Assembly (NCBI GenBank): GCA_951406725.2
Contig: OX597839.1
Location: 17,236,001 to 17,300,000 of the forward strand
Source of the DNA: Octopus vulgaris
Taxonomy: Eukaryota
Reading direction: 5' to 3'
Length of the DNA: 64,000 nucleotides
The position numbers and the translations under genes are program-made. The notes under the pieces were generated by a model. The model ran no database searches and was not told where the DNA came from. It was given only the letters and a program-made list of their open reading frames with translations. Shown here in pieces: positions 31,093-44,399 of the stretch (position 1 is the stretch's first letter; the number at the start of each line of letters is the position of its first letter).

Positions 31093-31778
31093 CACCAATG
31101 GCCTACTTCCTGCTTGCTATCTTTTACTAAATCGAAGTCTGCTGCAGCAGACTCCACTTTTATTGTTCTTCTGTTTTCAGTTTCTCCAAAATCTTCACTA
31201 TTTTCTTTATGCACTCCTAGACTTTTCTCTTCCTTTCTTTCTTTCCTTTTCCCTCCCTTCTCGTTTCTTTCCTGCTTTTTTTTTTCCACTTGGTTTTCTG
31301 TAACCACTGATTATATTTTTCTCTTCTCTTTCCTTCTTTTTTCATCCTTATTTCCTTTCTTTCTTTCTTTCTTTCCTTCTCATCATCTCTTCGCTCTTTT
31401 TGGCTGTTTTTTCTGTCTCCTTTCATTTTTCTCTTGTTCCTTCATCTTCGTTCCATTCTTTGCCGTCTTCATAGCCTCATTCCGCCTCCTACTCCTCTTG
31501 CCTTTATTTTACCCTGTCTTCGTTCTTCTTCCTTCTCTTCACCCTTCTTCTCTTTTTTATTTCCCTTCTGTTCTTATTTCCAAATGTTCACAATTTTCCC
31601 TTCATTCTCTTCTTTGGTTTCATTATTTAACAATTCACCACAATCTCTGTCTGTCTCCCCTCTTCTCTCTCTTCGTTTTATCCAGCCTCGTTCTAATTTT
31701 TTCTTTCCATCTCATCTAGTTTTGTTCATATTCCTTATATTCTTCATAGAAACTCAAAGCCTGATAAGAATCATTGGA

Positions 31779-31942
31779 GCCGTCATGGGCAAACTGCAGC
31801 CCGTGGGACTTTCTGAATGGCATGCTTAACGAAAAATTACCATGAAGTTTCTTTTAGTAGTGCACCCGCTTGATGATGAGCCATGTCTCATGCGGCCCGT
31901 TTCTCAAAATAAATAAATAAATAAATAAAAAGGTTGTTCACG
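31779..31942. mobile_element. hAT-Charlie-like MITE relic
   Basis: CATGGGCAAACTGCAGCCCGTGGG at the left, GCGGCCCG..AAAAGGTTGTTCAC at the right. Confidence 0.5.
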
Positions 31943-32492
31943 TTATAATGGTCATAGCATCGGACACTGTGCTTTGTGATATTTAATTAAGACCCTTTAC
32001 GTTCTGGTTTCAAATCCCACCGTAGTCAACTTTGCCCTCCATCCCTCCGTACTCAATAAAATAAAATACTAATGAAGTACGGAAATATTTCTTATAACTG
32101 CATCCTAGATATCCAGGATTTTAAGGTAAGTGCTAGGGGTCTTGCAGTACTTGGATCCATGAAACCATTGGGTCCATGAATTCTTTGAAGTAAGAAGCCA
32201 TTTCCGTCATATTTAAATGGTGGATGGGACCTCACTTCTTTGGTACAACTTCGTGAGGATATGAATCTGCACTTATGAAGTCCTTCTTCATGACGCATGT
32301 TTCATTGATATTTAGACGTTACTGTCTCGAGTCCTAGGACTTTCCATGGAGTATAAATGACTGAGGTGATACTGCAAAATATTAATTCCCACCGTCTACA
32401 ACGCTTAACTCTAAAGGATAAAAGTCGAAGCTCGTCCTGATTTGAACTCAGAGCGCAGAAATACCACGAATTATTCTATCCAATGCTTTAAC

Positions 32493-32560
32493 CAAGCTGT
32501 TCCCAACCCGTTTTGCATCACGGATCAGTTTCATGCAAGACCATTTTTTCCTCAGACCGG
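32493..32560 (+). mobile_element. hAT-Charlie-like terminal fragment
   Basis: CTGTTCCCAACCCGTTTTGCATCACGGATCAGTTTCATGCAAGACCATTTTTTCC resembles the left end of Charlie/MER1-type elements. Confidence 0.5.
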
Positions 32561-32609
32561 TGATCATGCACATAACAAATCACTAAGTGTATAGTGGCAA
32601 GAAACTCTC

Positions 32610-33110
32610 GAGAGCTTAACAGCAGAAGGTCTTTAGAGAAGAAACCCTGCCCAGCTAAGTTTTTCGGTCCTTAACTTCTCACACTCTAAGGGGACCGGGC
32701 CGGTCAGAAACTCCTGGAGGCCCTCTGCTGACACTTTTTAGCCCCTTGGATATCGGAGACTTGTGCATTTAAACTGCAAAGATTTGAGTCAGTAATTTTA
32801 ACATAATAAAATGCTGCGTAAACACTTTTCGTTTCAGTTCGGCGTTTTCTTGTCTTAATGTATTTCAAATTTAGTGGCATTATGCTTTCTGAATTATTAA
32901 AAATTTCTTTTAATCGTATCAAAATTTTTTGGTTTTTATCTTTTAAATCTTCTGCCAACTCTACTTCTTTCCATTAAGTCCATGTATCTCTTCAATCGTA
33001 GCGATTGAAGAGTTACATGATAGGTGCTCATTCCTGAACACCTATCATCACTCTTCATTCGTTATTCTCTCTACATATACTCTCTTTTTTCCAACTGTTG
33101 TTAGCCACCC
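32610..33110 (-). pseudogene. possible R4/Dong-like non-LTR retrotransposon fragment
   Basis: KILIRLKEIF..MPLNLKYIKTRKRRTETKSV resembles the pre-RT N-terminal region of R4-clade ORFs; weak match from recall. Confidence 0.35.
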
Positions 33111-33192
33111 TCATCTTTAAATTATGTTTGATTGGTTCATTAACTTATTTCAAGTCGATTCAACCACATCGTTGTTGTTATTATCATTGTTA

Positions 33193-33395
33193 AGGCTGCG
33201 AGCTGGCAGAATCGTTAGCACGCCATTTTGTCTGTCTTTACGTTCTGAGTTCAAATGCCGCTGATGTTGACTGTATCTTTCATCTTTACGGGATCGATTA
33301 AATGTGGACTATATCTTTCATCTTTACGGGTCGATATAATCCATCATTCTCCTCCTCACAAAATACAGGCCTAGTGCCTATAGTGGAAAGGATTA
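33193..33395 (+). mobile_element. SINE family B, degenerate, with a short internal duplication
   Basis: GGCTGCGAGCTGGCAGAATCGTTAGCACGCC..TTACGTTCTGAGTTCAAAT; TATCTTTCATCTTTACGGG occurs twice. Confidence 0.8.
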
Positions 33396-33570
33396 TTATT
33401 TATTATTATTTTATATTTGTTCAGTTTCACTTCCCTACTTAATATTTCCATATTTTAATAACATTTCCTCTTCAATGATTTAAGATTGTCTTATTTTCTA
33501 TTTTTCATCTTCCGATTTGTATTATTTCTCTGTACAATATTGTATATATATATATATATATATATATACA

Positions 33571-33773
33571 TTCTGTACGAGTCAGACGCCATGATAGATC
33601 GTTAGCTACTACACACATTTTTTTTCTCTCCTTGTTTTTTCTGTGTACCTTTCTGTAGAAGAGCGTAGGCTCGAAACGTAAAAGACTTTTTCTATTCCTG
33701 AGCGCTATACTAATACATCTGTTTGTTTGTACACCACCTGCCTTCGTCTTTTGTTTATTTTCGTAAACTTTCC

Positions 33774-33777
<4 letters not shown>
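33571..33777 (+). mobile_element. short HHR-bearing Penelope-like terminal unit inserted in (TA)n
   Basis: Unique ~207 bp bounded by (TA)n on both sides; contains the HHR motif at 33649-33684. Confidence 0.65.
33649..33684 (+). ncRNA. minimal type I hammerhead motif with variant core
   Basis: CTTT-CTGTAGA-A-GAGC GTAG GCTC-GAAA-CGTA-AAAG; stems I and II are perfect; core reads CUGUAGA. Confidence 0.65.
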
Positions 33778-33811
<34 letters not shown>

Positions 33812-34309
33812 TTTCATTCATTAGTCTTCACCCTTTATTCCATCACTCATCGCCATTATTATTAATATTAATCGATTCTTTATGCTTTTCGTCCCCACCA
33901 CAGTAAACTATAAATTCCAAAAGGTTAATCCCTTTCTATATTTATGACCTACCGGATTAAAAGTAACCTCCTTGCCTTTTCGTTTAATGATCACCAGAAC
34001 TACATATTAATTATTTCACGCCAAATAACCATTAAGCGATAAACTATTCAAGATCACTTCCTTCTCCGTATTCATATCCAAATCTACAAACCAAAATCAC
34101 TTAACCTTCACCGACCCCTCTTCCAATACATAATGATCGATCATCCTTTTAAACTACTTAAATCAGTATAAGAAAAATACGCAGTTCTCCCGTCCTCAAC
34201 GTGCTGGAATCGAACCCAATTTTTATTTGCTTCTCATTGCACACCAACAACACGGATCTTCAATATACTTGTGTGTTTATTAGTGAACCTTTGTATGAGA
34301 CGCTAAATA

Positions 34310-35135
34310 TCAAATACCTAAGCTGTATATCTTGAAAATTCATAAGAATTGTATCAATTCATTTTTTACAGTAAAGTTTGACTAGCCAAGCAGGTGTGAT
34401 AACGTGATCGACCAGACTATTAGCGGTTGTTAGATATTGCTGGGCATAATGCACTTTGCATCGTTTTAGCCTTCGAACAACATCATCTCGCTGGCTAGGC
34501 GAGCAGGCCAACATTCCCTCCTGAACGAAAGGGGACTGGAGCAATGTGAAATGAAGTGTTTTGCTCAAGAACACAACGTACCGCCCGCTCTGGGAATCGA
34601 ACCATCGATCTAACGATTGTGAGTACAACAACCTCACTACTAGGTCACGCGCCTTCATACCTAAGCAAGTATTAAATAAACAAATAGGAAAAAAACCCTT
34701 TTACCTGGGATGAATTTTGAATTTTCTGGAGAGGGTTCAAAAATGTCTGATGTGTGTGACATCGCACAAAACCTATTTCGCCTGAAAATACTAACTGCTA
34801 ATTCCTCTAAATTTTTCCAGAGTTGCATAAAAAGCCTCATTGTATTTATTTACATTGATTTTGAAGTTTCCGAAAATGCTTATGAGTTTGCCAGACAACA
34901 GAGTATGCCACATCAGGTAAATTTTCATATACCTGGTGTGGCGTACGTGACAAAAATGGATGTGACATTTTCAAGACAAAATTCTTTTCTACTAGATCTG
35001 GAAGAAATTATTCCAATATCGACATCTGGTTAAAAATGAACCATTCCAACATACCTTTATAGGTCTATAATGATTCTCGTGAGCATTCTAAACATTTTTG
35101 AAAATTTGTTTTGGTTTAACTTTCGTAAAAATGGA
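34310..35135. repeat. second copy of the 23380-23910 repeat, split by a SINE
   Basis: Homology stops at GTTTGACTAGC (~34386) and resumes at AAGTATTAAA (~34667). Confidence 0.75.
34390..34657 (-). mobile_element. tRNA-derived SINE (family C-related)
   Basis: Minus-strand head GAAGGCGCGTGACCTAGTAGTGAGG..GGTTCGATTCCC followed by GTTGTGTTCTTGAGCAAAACACTTCATTTCAC. Confidence 0.85.
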
Positions 35136-36332
35136 CCTGTATATTTCTGGGAATTTGTTTACGACGCGAATTAAAAACAAATTAGATTGCGCAGATAAAC
35201 AACTTAAACTATCTTAGAGTAAGCCATCACGAAAAACGGAATCGTGAAACTTCGAGTAATGAAACAAAGAAGTTCTTCTCCGAATATAATTTATTCTGCG
35301 TTTCTGAAACTAGCAAAGAGTATTTGTCTAATTGTATACTAAACATTTCGTATTTTATTCCAATAACTCAAAGAAAGGAGTTTGATCAATTCCGCCTCGC
35401 CCATGCGCACAAAGCATATAGTTCTGTGTACGCATCATAAACGAGTAACATATTTACGTTTATAAGTTGTGTGTGTGTGTGTGGGGGGGGTTATAGGGTG
35501 AACGTACTCAATATGGGCAAGTTTGACTGAGTTTAACTGTTTCGAGTCTGCGTGCGCGCGAGCTTACGCACACACACACACACTCACCTATCCCCCCACA
35601 CACACACACTCACATTATTCGATTCCTATTTTATTCTACTGAACACCACCATAACTATTCGATGTTTAAATAACCCTGTTGTATTTTTATGATTAAATAT
35701 TATTACGAATTGTATAAAACACGTTTAAATATTTTGAGTATAATTTTGATACGAGTATAATGATGAATAGCACCAATCTTTTCTACGTAATTGACATTTG
35801 ATTCGTATTTATTGCTAGGATTAAGCTATCTTAAGAAAACTTCGGTTTCAGCCAGTTTAGCTGCTCATGAAGTATTATTTAGTCAAACTGGCTATATAGA
35901 TGCTACAGTTCAATTTCAGGGCTTTACTACCTCCAGAGTCTATTTATAGATTGAGGTTGGATGTATGTTTACCGTATCGTGTCGTTTGTAATGTAAAGAA
36001 GGGACTTAAAACACATCAAGTAATATCCCTTAAAAGTCACTCTATTCCTATCCCCCCTCTCTGCTGTCTGTCTTGACTAAAGCACAAATGTTTAACATAG
36101 AGTTTTGTTTAAACGTCTTATTTTAATATATCCAGTAAGGTAGTATAGAGTTGTTATAACTTGAAAAACAGGATTCTTTTCCAGAAAAATATAAGCGTCT
36201 CGAGTCAAATTGTGGGCTCAGTTTGACTGGATTGAAGCTGCTACACGGAAAAGGAAGTACTCATACAAAACTATATTTGCAATTTATCACCCCCCCACAC
36301 ACACACACATACAAACACTTTCAGTACTTTGG

Positions 36333-36556
36333 CTAACCCTTTGGCTTTTCTGTGTATCAGAGGACATATTTACCTGGTGCCCATGAATCGTATATGATAC
36401 ACATTCTCAGTTTTTTTAACCACCAGAGTAACTTGGAACTTAGGCAAGGTCTACATCACTCAGAACGTATGAAGCAAGAGCTGACTAGAAGTCTGAAAAC
36501 AAATATGTACGTTTAGGACAAACTAAGGGAAATGCTTTGAACAGGCAATGACTTAA
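36333..36556 (+). mobile_element. piggyBac-like MITE, copy 1
   Basis: Begins (C)TAACCCTTTG and ends ..TTAA; internal ACTCAGAACGTATGAA..GAGCT.ACTA..TTAGGACAAA is shared with copy 2. Confidence 0.5.
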
Positions 36557-36787
36557 ATATGTTTTACACAATTCCATATCTTATACTTCGAAAAATAGAA
36601 GAAAAAAACGAATGTCATTAAGTTTTCAAAAGAAACAAACAACATTGCTTCTAATGTTTAGCAAGGATAATATTGTTTGATTCAATATAATAGTGACTCC
36701 GCCATATAGACAACGAAACAAAAAAGCCGGTAAATCACTCTCAAAAAGAACTCGGTGAAATCATTTCTATATCGGATAAAATAATTA

Positions 36788-36988
36788 TCAACCCTTTGAT
36801 TCTTTTGCATGGAATCCATTCATCATATTTGATACACATTTCTAATTTTTCTCAAACATCAGATTAGCATAGAACCTATTAAAGGAAGCCGTTACATTAC
36901 TCAGAACGTATGAAATGAGAGCTAACTAAACGTCCGAAAACAAGGATGGACTTTTAGGACAAAAATACTTTGGACAGCAAGAGGTTAA
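36788..36988 (+). mobile_element. piggyBac-like MITE, copy 2
   Basis: TCAACCCTTTG...CAAGAGGTTAA; colinear with 36333-36556. Confidence 0.55.
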
Positions 36989-37594
36989 CAGGCCTCACCA
37001 AGAAATATACTTATTGACAAATTTGAAACAAAATTTTAAATTATGAAAATAATCAACGCTTGTTATTTGTAGTTTTTTGTTTTATTCGTGGATCTAAACT
37101 GTTCCTCTGTCTACGACAATACACTTAGATACTCCTAGTAAGGTGGTTATAATTAATCGAAACTTGTCGAATTGTTCTCGAAAGAGAGAGTGGATTAGCC
37201 GTAGACTCTATTTATATACGGTAAGGTTCATCGTATTGTCTAACAGGCGTACGTATTTGAACTTATTCACAATCTATAAATCGATCGGTCGATCACTTTG
37301 ATATATACGTATACACATATATGACATATACACAATGACATATATATGCATATGTTTCTCTCTGTCTCTCTCTCTCTCACACACACACTCATCTATTTGT
37401 CTGCCTATATGTCCATACATACATTCAAAATAATTTGAACAAGCTAGGAGCGGTGAAACTTCGAAGTCATTGTCAAAAAACAATTTAATATTGGGCTCTA
37501 CATATGTGTCGAGTCCTTTCATTTAATCACTGTTCTTTTTTATGCTTATACATACATATTTATATACACACATAAAAGCGAATGTAAATGAATA

Positions 37595-37637
<43 letters not shown>

Positions 37638-37692
37638 ATATGTGTGTATATATGTATGTATATATGTATGTATATATGTGTGTATATGTGTG

Positions 37693-37728
<36 letters not shown>

Positions 37729-38152
37729 TATGTATATATATATATGTATATATATATATGTATATTGTCTATTTTCATAAAGCTTCCCTATATATATATG
37801 TATGTATATATATATGCATGTATATATATGTATATATGCATATATATATATATGTATGTATACATATGTATATGTAGGTATACATATATATATGTATATG
37901 TAGGTATACATATATATGTATATATACATATATATGTATGTGTAGGTATACATATATATGTAGGTATACATATATACGTATATGTAGGTATACATATATA
38001 TGTATATGTAGGTATACATATATATGTATGTGTAGGTATACATATATATGTAGGTATACATATATATGTATATGTATGTATACACATATATATGTATATG
38101 TATGTATACACATATATATGTATATGTATGTATACATATATATGTATTTACG

Positions 38153-38184
<32 letters not shown>

Positions 38185-38310
38185 CGCATAAAAACGAATA
38201 TAAATGAATGTGTGTGTGTGTGTGTGTGTATAAAAACATACATACAGACGCATAAAAACGAACATATATGAATGTATGTGTAGATATGTGTGTGTACACA
38301 CACACACACA
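37595..38310. repeat. compound microsatellite with repeated GTAGGTATACATATATAT units
   Basis: Seen directly; about 7 punctuated units at 37874-38065. Confidence 0.93.
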
Positions 38311-38981
38311 CAGAAAATATAGGTAGGTAGTATTTGAAATATCGATCGCTGAAAACTTGAATATGTCCACAGTAGATAATTTAGTTGCTGCTATCGTCAA
38401 TCTTGCTGATTGGCATAGTTTTTTTTACTTTATTATATACCTACATATATTTATTTGTATGTTTATTTATTTGCTTGTTATATTCCATTTATTTTTTTGT
38501 TGTTTTTTTCTTTATGTTGCTTTTTATTTTTATTTTTCGGTTTCTAAACTAGGTTCTGAATTGTAGAAATACTTCCTCATGGCAATTACGGTTTTCTCCT
38601 GGTAAACCAGCAGCAGCAGCAGCTGAAATATTGAACAAACGTTTTATTTATTTATTTGTTTTTTGTTCGCTCTGTGTGTACAAGCATTATACACGCACAC
38701 ACACATACATATATACATACACACACAAATATATATAATATACATATACGTGTATATGTGGTATATGTGTGTTCATATATATATATATATATGCACACAC
38801 AAAAACACACACTCAAATATATACAATCTACTTATACAATTATCTGGTGTGTGTATATGTATATATATATATACAATCTACATATGCGTATATATGTCGT
38901 ATATATACGTGTATATGTATGTATTTATACACACAGATGTACATAGGTATGTATAGTATCTATATATACACACAAATATAC

Positions 38982-39044
<63 letters not shown>

Positions 39045-39744
39045 GTGTGTATATGTACATATATATGTATGTGTGTATATATATATATGTATCTATATAC
39101 GTATGTATATATGTATGTATATATATGTGTGTAGATATATGTATGTATATATATATATATATATATGTGTGTAGATATATGTATGTATATATATATATAT
39201 ATGTGTGTATATATATGTATGTATATGTGTATATATATATATATATGTGTGTGTGTGTATGTATATATATGTGTATATGTAGATATACGCACACACCTAC
39301 ACACATTCATGCTTACACACATCCACACCTATATGTTCACGCAGTCAATTCCACCGACTCGCGTAGCCCCTCTGATTCTAAGTGCTATGCAAATAACCGA
39401 AATATGCAATTAACCTAATTCGTACATTCGGCGTTAAATGAGTTTAACATGCCATCAGTTAAGTGACTCTTACACATATTTGGATTATATCATAAAACGA
39501 GTGTAAGCAGATTGTTTCGTTTTTCTTTTCTTTTTTTTTCACTTCCCATACGTTCTGTGTCCATAATCTTCGTATTTACCACCCAATTCAAGCTATTATG
39601 TTTATCGATATGTCTATGGGTTTTTGCTCGCGTTTGATTTAACCGGTATAAGTTTCTTCTGCTTTCAATTCTTTTAATTTTTCATTTAGAACACGTTTAA
39701 CCAGATCCATACATACCGATGATTCCAGACACTTTTATTGTTTG

Positions 39745-39994
39745 TCTTATTTGTTTCTGTCATTGGATTGTGGTCATGCAACGCCTCGAGTGTTTTTTGA
39801 TCTAACAAACGAACATCAATACTTTTAAAATTTTTGCTTCAAAGTTTGGTACTTACTCTATCGATCTGTTTTGAGGAACCATTAAGTTACGGGGACGCAA
39901 ACAAGCCAACACCGGGTGTCAAGTGGTAATGGGGGGTAAATACACACACACAAACACACGCACACATATGTAGATACAGATATAATCATATGTA

Positions 39995-40025
<31 letters not shown>

Positions 40026-40145
40026 ACACACACACATATATATATATATATATACACACTATATAGATACACACGCACAGATATATATATACGACGGGCT
40101 TCCGCACAGTTTCCATCTATCAAATTCATTTACAAGACATTGGTC
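39745..40145 (-). mobile_element. SINE family A, degenerate
   Basis: GGTACTTACTCTATCG..TAAGTTACGGGGACG..ACGACGGGCTTC..CAGTTTCCATCTA. Confidence 0.8.
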
Positions 40146-40426
40146 CAAAATGCCGCACAGAATTACAAAATGATATCTAACAAATAGGAGCATTATACTA
40201 GGTGGATCACAGACTATGATAGTTAATAATGAAAACATGAATAACAGAATTCATGTACTTCGTAATTCAAAAATTTACTTTTTCAACACACACACACACA
40301 CACACACGTATACCGTTGTGACGTTCATGGTTGTCCTGAAAGTGTGATAAAATATTAAGAAGTTTAATGTTGTTCTTGTTTAACCCTAAGCTAAACCGTC
40401 CTGGTTTCCATTTTTCTTTTTCTTTT

Positions 40427-40681
40427 TGGACAAGTGTCTTCTATAGCCTCAGGCCGACCAAAGTGAGTAGAATTAGTTGAAGGAAATTAGAAGAAACCCA
40501 TCGTGTGTATATCTATCTATCTATCTATCTGTCTGTATGTCCCTACTGCTTGACAACCGGTGTTAGTATGTTTACGTCTCCGTAAATTAGCAGTTTGGTG
40601 AAAGAAACTAACAAAATAAGTACCAGGCTTAAAAAAGAAAATAAACACTGAGGTCGATTCATTCGACTAAAAATTCTTCAA
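40427..40681 (+). mobile_element. SINE family A, cut off at its 3' end by the CRE-like insertion
   Basis: GGACAAGTGTCTTCTATAGCCTCAGGCCGACCAAAG..GTCGATTCATTCGACTAAAAATTCTTCAAG. Confidence 0.82.
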
Positions 40682-41281
40682 GACAAAAAAAAGAAAAGAT
40701 ATATAAAATGGAAAGTGTGTGATGTCCATACCTTTCTTAGAATGGAAGAAAATAGCCGGCAACTTTTATTACATCTATAACGTGTATGTTTATGAATTAT
40801 ACCGAACCACATTAAAATACAAATCCTAAACAATAGTCATGATTCTTCCATAATATCAGTTTTTACAAAAGAAAAAGAAAAAGAGGAAAAAAGAAAAGAA
40901 GAGAGAAAAAGAAAAGAGAAAAGGAAAAGAATCATCATAGCAGCACCAAATGCTTCATTTGGTCGCACACCACAAGATTCAGCGGAACCTACTGAAGCAA
41001 GCAAGTACAGTTGCAGCATTAGTCAGGGCGATGGCGAGGCTTAGGCGTTGGAAAAGCCAAGCGCCCTCACGGGCATCACCTGACATCTCGGTGAGGCGAG
41101 CTGCCAACGATGAGAAGAACTTCGCTGTTAGTGGCCCAGTCACTCCAAATGTCTCAAACGCCACAAGTTGGAAGAGATAGTTCACTGTCAGGTCCCGATA
41201 CTTCAAGGTTTTGTTCCGTTCGGCTATCAAAGCTGCGTAGCGTAGGGTAGGGTCTCGGTCAAGCAAAAGCTTAGAAAACAT
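40682..41281 (-). mobile_element. 5'-truncated CRE-clade (RLE-type) non-LTR retrotransposon: endonuclease C-terminus plus 3'UTR
   Basis: Open frame 40979-41281 AALIAERNKTLKYRDLTVNYLFQLVAFETFGVTG..RLTEMSGDAREGAWLFQRLSLAIALTNAATVL fits the AExxKxxKY..AxETxGxxG..QRLSxAIxxxNA signature of CRE-type restriction-like endonucleases. Confidence 0.8.
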
Positions 41282-41605
41282 TGCTTCATCTCTAATAATT
41301 TAATTCGTAATTATAAGATCCCCAATGTTTTTGTTTAGATCCAGGTCAGCTCTTGTCGAGCAGACGTATTATGGAAGATTTCTCATCCATGATCTCTCAT
41401 AAATTTTATATACCAGGAACTACATAATCCGGCCAATGTGTTTTTCGAGTTTTAAAATGACAGTGAGATATAATGGAAATTAGGAAATTCGATCGTTCCC
41501 TCATTGATGCTCTCCCACTTTATATGTGGTGGGGAGAGTAGAAATAAGAGGAAAATAAATATGATACAAGTACAACACGACTATCTGGACCCTGATGGTC
41601 TAGAA

Positions 41606-41875
41606 CAGTGGTTCCCCAACTTTTTCGGGTTGTCACACCCTTGGCACCCACGCCACATTCCTAGCGTCCCGCCCCACTTACCACCATAAACATAGACCGC
41701 TTTCTGCATCAAATTGAAAACAACTGTATTTCACAAATAAAATATAGCCTAATTTACCCGTTATTTTGTTATTTTTACATCTATTTCCCCCCTTCGCCCT
41801 CATTTTTCTTTGTACCACTCTAGATATTTCCACTGCCCCCCAGAGGAGAAGTACCGCCAACTTTGGGAACTTCTG
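41606..41875. mobile_element. hAT-Charlie MITE with perfect 8-bp TSD
   Basis: TIRs CAGTGGTTCCCCAAC and CTTTGGGAACTTCTG; GTCTAGAA duplicated at 41598-41605 and 41876-41883 (typical NTCTAGAN Charlie target). Confidence 0.9.
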
Positions 41876-42009
41876 GTCTAGAATTACTTACAATCCGCAC
41901 TCATTTATGAGCAGAAACTTCAAATTCCGTTTACAGGTACCTTGCACAGCACAGTAGTAATAAACTTGTATCATTTATACAAGTGCCTGTGTTTCATTTA
42001 ATTCATTTA

Positions 42010-42598
42010 TCCTTTATTAGTTTCAGTCATTAGACTGCGATCACACTGGGGTACCGCCTTGAATTAATCAACTCCAGTACTTATTTTTCTTAAACCTGGT
42101 ACTTATTCCATCGGTCTCTCTTGCCGAACTGCTAGATTACGGGGACGTAAACACATCAACACTGATTGCCAAGCGGTGGTAGGGACAAAGAAAAGATATA
42201 TAAAATGGAAAGTGTGTGATGTCCATACCTTTCTTAGAATGGAAGAAAATAGCCGGCAACTTTTATTACATCTATAACGTGTATGTTTATGAATTATACC
42301 GAACCACATTAAAATACAAATCCTAAACAATAGTCATGATTCTTCCATAATATCAGTTTTTACAAAAGAAAAACAAAAAGAAAAAGAGGAAAAAAGAAAA
42401 GAAGAGAGAAAAAGAAAAGAGAAAAGGAAAAGAATCATCATAGCAGCACACACGCATATATGACAGGTTTCTTTTAGTTTCCATCGACGAAATCCACTGA
42501 CAAGGCTTTGGTCGGATAAGTGCCTTCTATAGTAGAAGACACTTATCCAGAACAGTGTGGTTGGGAAGCGAGCTTCTTACCACACATCCAAGCCTGCA
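42010..42598 (-). mobile_element. SINE family A interrupted by a CRE-like 3'UTR copy
   Basis: SINE motifs at 42010-42188 and 42450-42598 flank the insert. Confidence 0.82.
42184..42449 (-). mobile_element. second near-identical copy of the CRE-like 3'UTR (40682-40946)
   Basis: GAAAAGATATATAAAATGGAAAGTGTGTGATG...GAATCATCATAGCAGCAC matches apart from A-tract length. Confidence 0.9.
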
Positions 42599-43249
42599 TC
42601 TATATTTGAAGTAAATTTAATATTTGTTTAATTTATACTGTGTTGACCAAGGCGACCGTCCTTGGTTCGAAAAAATCAGTAATCCGGAAAATCTTTGGAA
42701 GCAAAGGTTCCGGAAAATCGATGTTGTACCTGTATGGAAGCTGTTCAAAGCATTACTAAGTTCAAATGGTTTCGAAAGAAAAATGGAAGCTGATATGATT
42801 AAATGTCAAAATGTCTGAGATGAATTGTTGTCAATAAGATTATATAGTTTTCGGACTGTTAACTTTATCTTTAGACATTTAAAGATAACATTTGTGAGTT
42901 TTTTTTAATGTACAGCAGACATGGCATGGCTGTGAGGTTAAAAATCTTGCCACTATTTCGTTTTGGGTTCGAACTCATAATCATACAATAACCCATACCT
43001 TGTAAGACAGAAACTACGGAGACCTGCCTTCTGTGTGCGTATATATATATATATATATATACATATAAAGTTTGATTAACTCCATATAACTTGACTATTC
43101 ATAGGCTCATTGGACGAACCCATTTCATTTGGATATCTGCTGGCATATATGGAACTCCGACCAAACGTGTTAAGTGCCATTTTCTGTTCCATCCAAAAAT
43201 GAAAGATATTTTTAAAATCAAAAAATATCAACTAGATTATAGTTGGGAG

Positions 43250-43970
43250 GTAACAGATTACGCAAAGTAGCCTCCATTAGCTTCCACCACCGCCTCAAGA
43301 CAGCTCCGGAACCTGGTGCATGCGTTTCTCACTGTATCCATGAAAGATCATCGAACATAAACTCGACATTTCTGTTGTAGGTAGAGTGGTTGCTGTCTTT
43401 TTCAAGCGCACGCCGCACACAGTGATCCATGGGATTACAATTGGAGGTATTAGGAAATCAGAAATTGGGGCTGGTGAAGATGCAGAAATTCAACCACTTC
43501 TGACGCTTTCCAAGGGTATGGCAAAGAGCGGAATCCTGCTGTTAGCAATATGACCTTAGACTCCATTCAGACATAACCGTTTGAATTGAGTCTAAGGCAC
43601 TGTTAAAAGATGTGGAGCAGTATGACGTCATCCTGACTGGAGATACACGCAAAGACCATCACCATCACCTTCCTGCTGCCCACGGCTTCGTAATCTCCGT
43701 TGCAACTGTCCATGTCACATCTTACAGACTTTACAGTGTTCGCAGAACATTCAGCAGCAGTCATGATGTCGGCATTTTGATACCCGGCGCGAATCATTAT
43801 GATACAGGTATCAGATGGCTTCCAGACGACCATGTCAGAGAAATTTTTCTCAGTTACAACTTTAAACTTTATGCTCTTTAACGCCGTTGGCTATTCACCA
43901 ATACATCAAGCTATTCCTGAAAAAAAGGAGACAAAAAAAATCATCAAATTTAGCCCGAATACGAACACTG
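43250..43970 (-). pseudogene. Tc1/mariner-superfamily (maT/DD37D-like) transposase relic
   Basis: Minus-strand pieces QQDSALCHT..QKWL, PNTSNCNPMDH (SPDCNPxD-like) and C-terminal ACTRFRSCLEAVVEANGGYF. Confidence 0.75.
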
Positions 43971-44276
43971 TGTGTGTGGTATTGTACCCCCAGATGAGGC
44001 CAAACTATATACAAGCTAGGCTAGGAACTGAGTTGACTCGGAATCTCCCCCAGTTCTAATGATTTCATTTAACAGTTCAAAAAGCCTAATTCCGTTTTTT
44101 TGCAAAGAAGCAGGAGTTGTATACAAACTAAAGTCTTTGCAGGCGTGATTCCACCTACATCGCTGTAACTGAGAAACGAAAGCAGATGAATATATAATAT
44201 ATCGATTTCTGATATAAACACAACGTCTCAAATTTGTGGGAAGACTTAAACCTCATTATATTGATCCTCAATCAGT

Positions 44277-44334
<58 letters not shown>

Positions 44335-44399
44335 CAATACCAGAATGAGGAAAGCAAGTTTGTCTTCGGCGGGAACAAAGCCTGCAATTTTGAGGGAAG

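Noticed and set aside
30967-31719. 250-aa hydrophobic ORF as a membrane protein
   Set aside because: F/L/S richness comes from a low-complexity pyrimidine tract.
37874-38065. Regularly spaced GTAGGTATAC units as a CRISPR-like array
   Set aside because: Spacers are just TA/TG runs, the context is eukaryotic, and there are no cas genes.
40979-41281. 100-aa ORF as a host gene
   Set aside because: It matches the C-terminus of a retrotransposon endonuclease, is 5'-truncated and has no ATG start.
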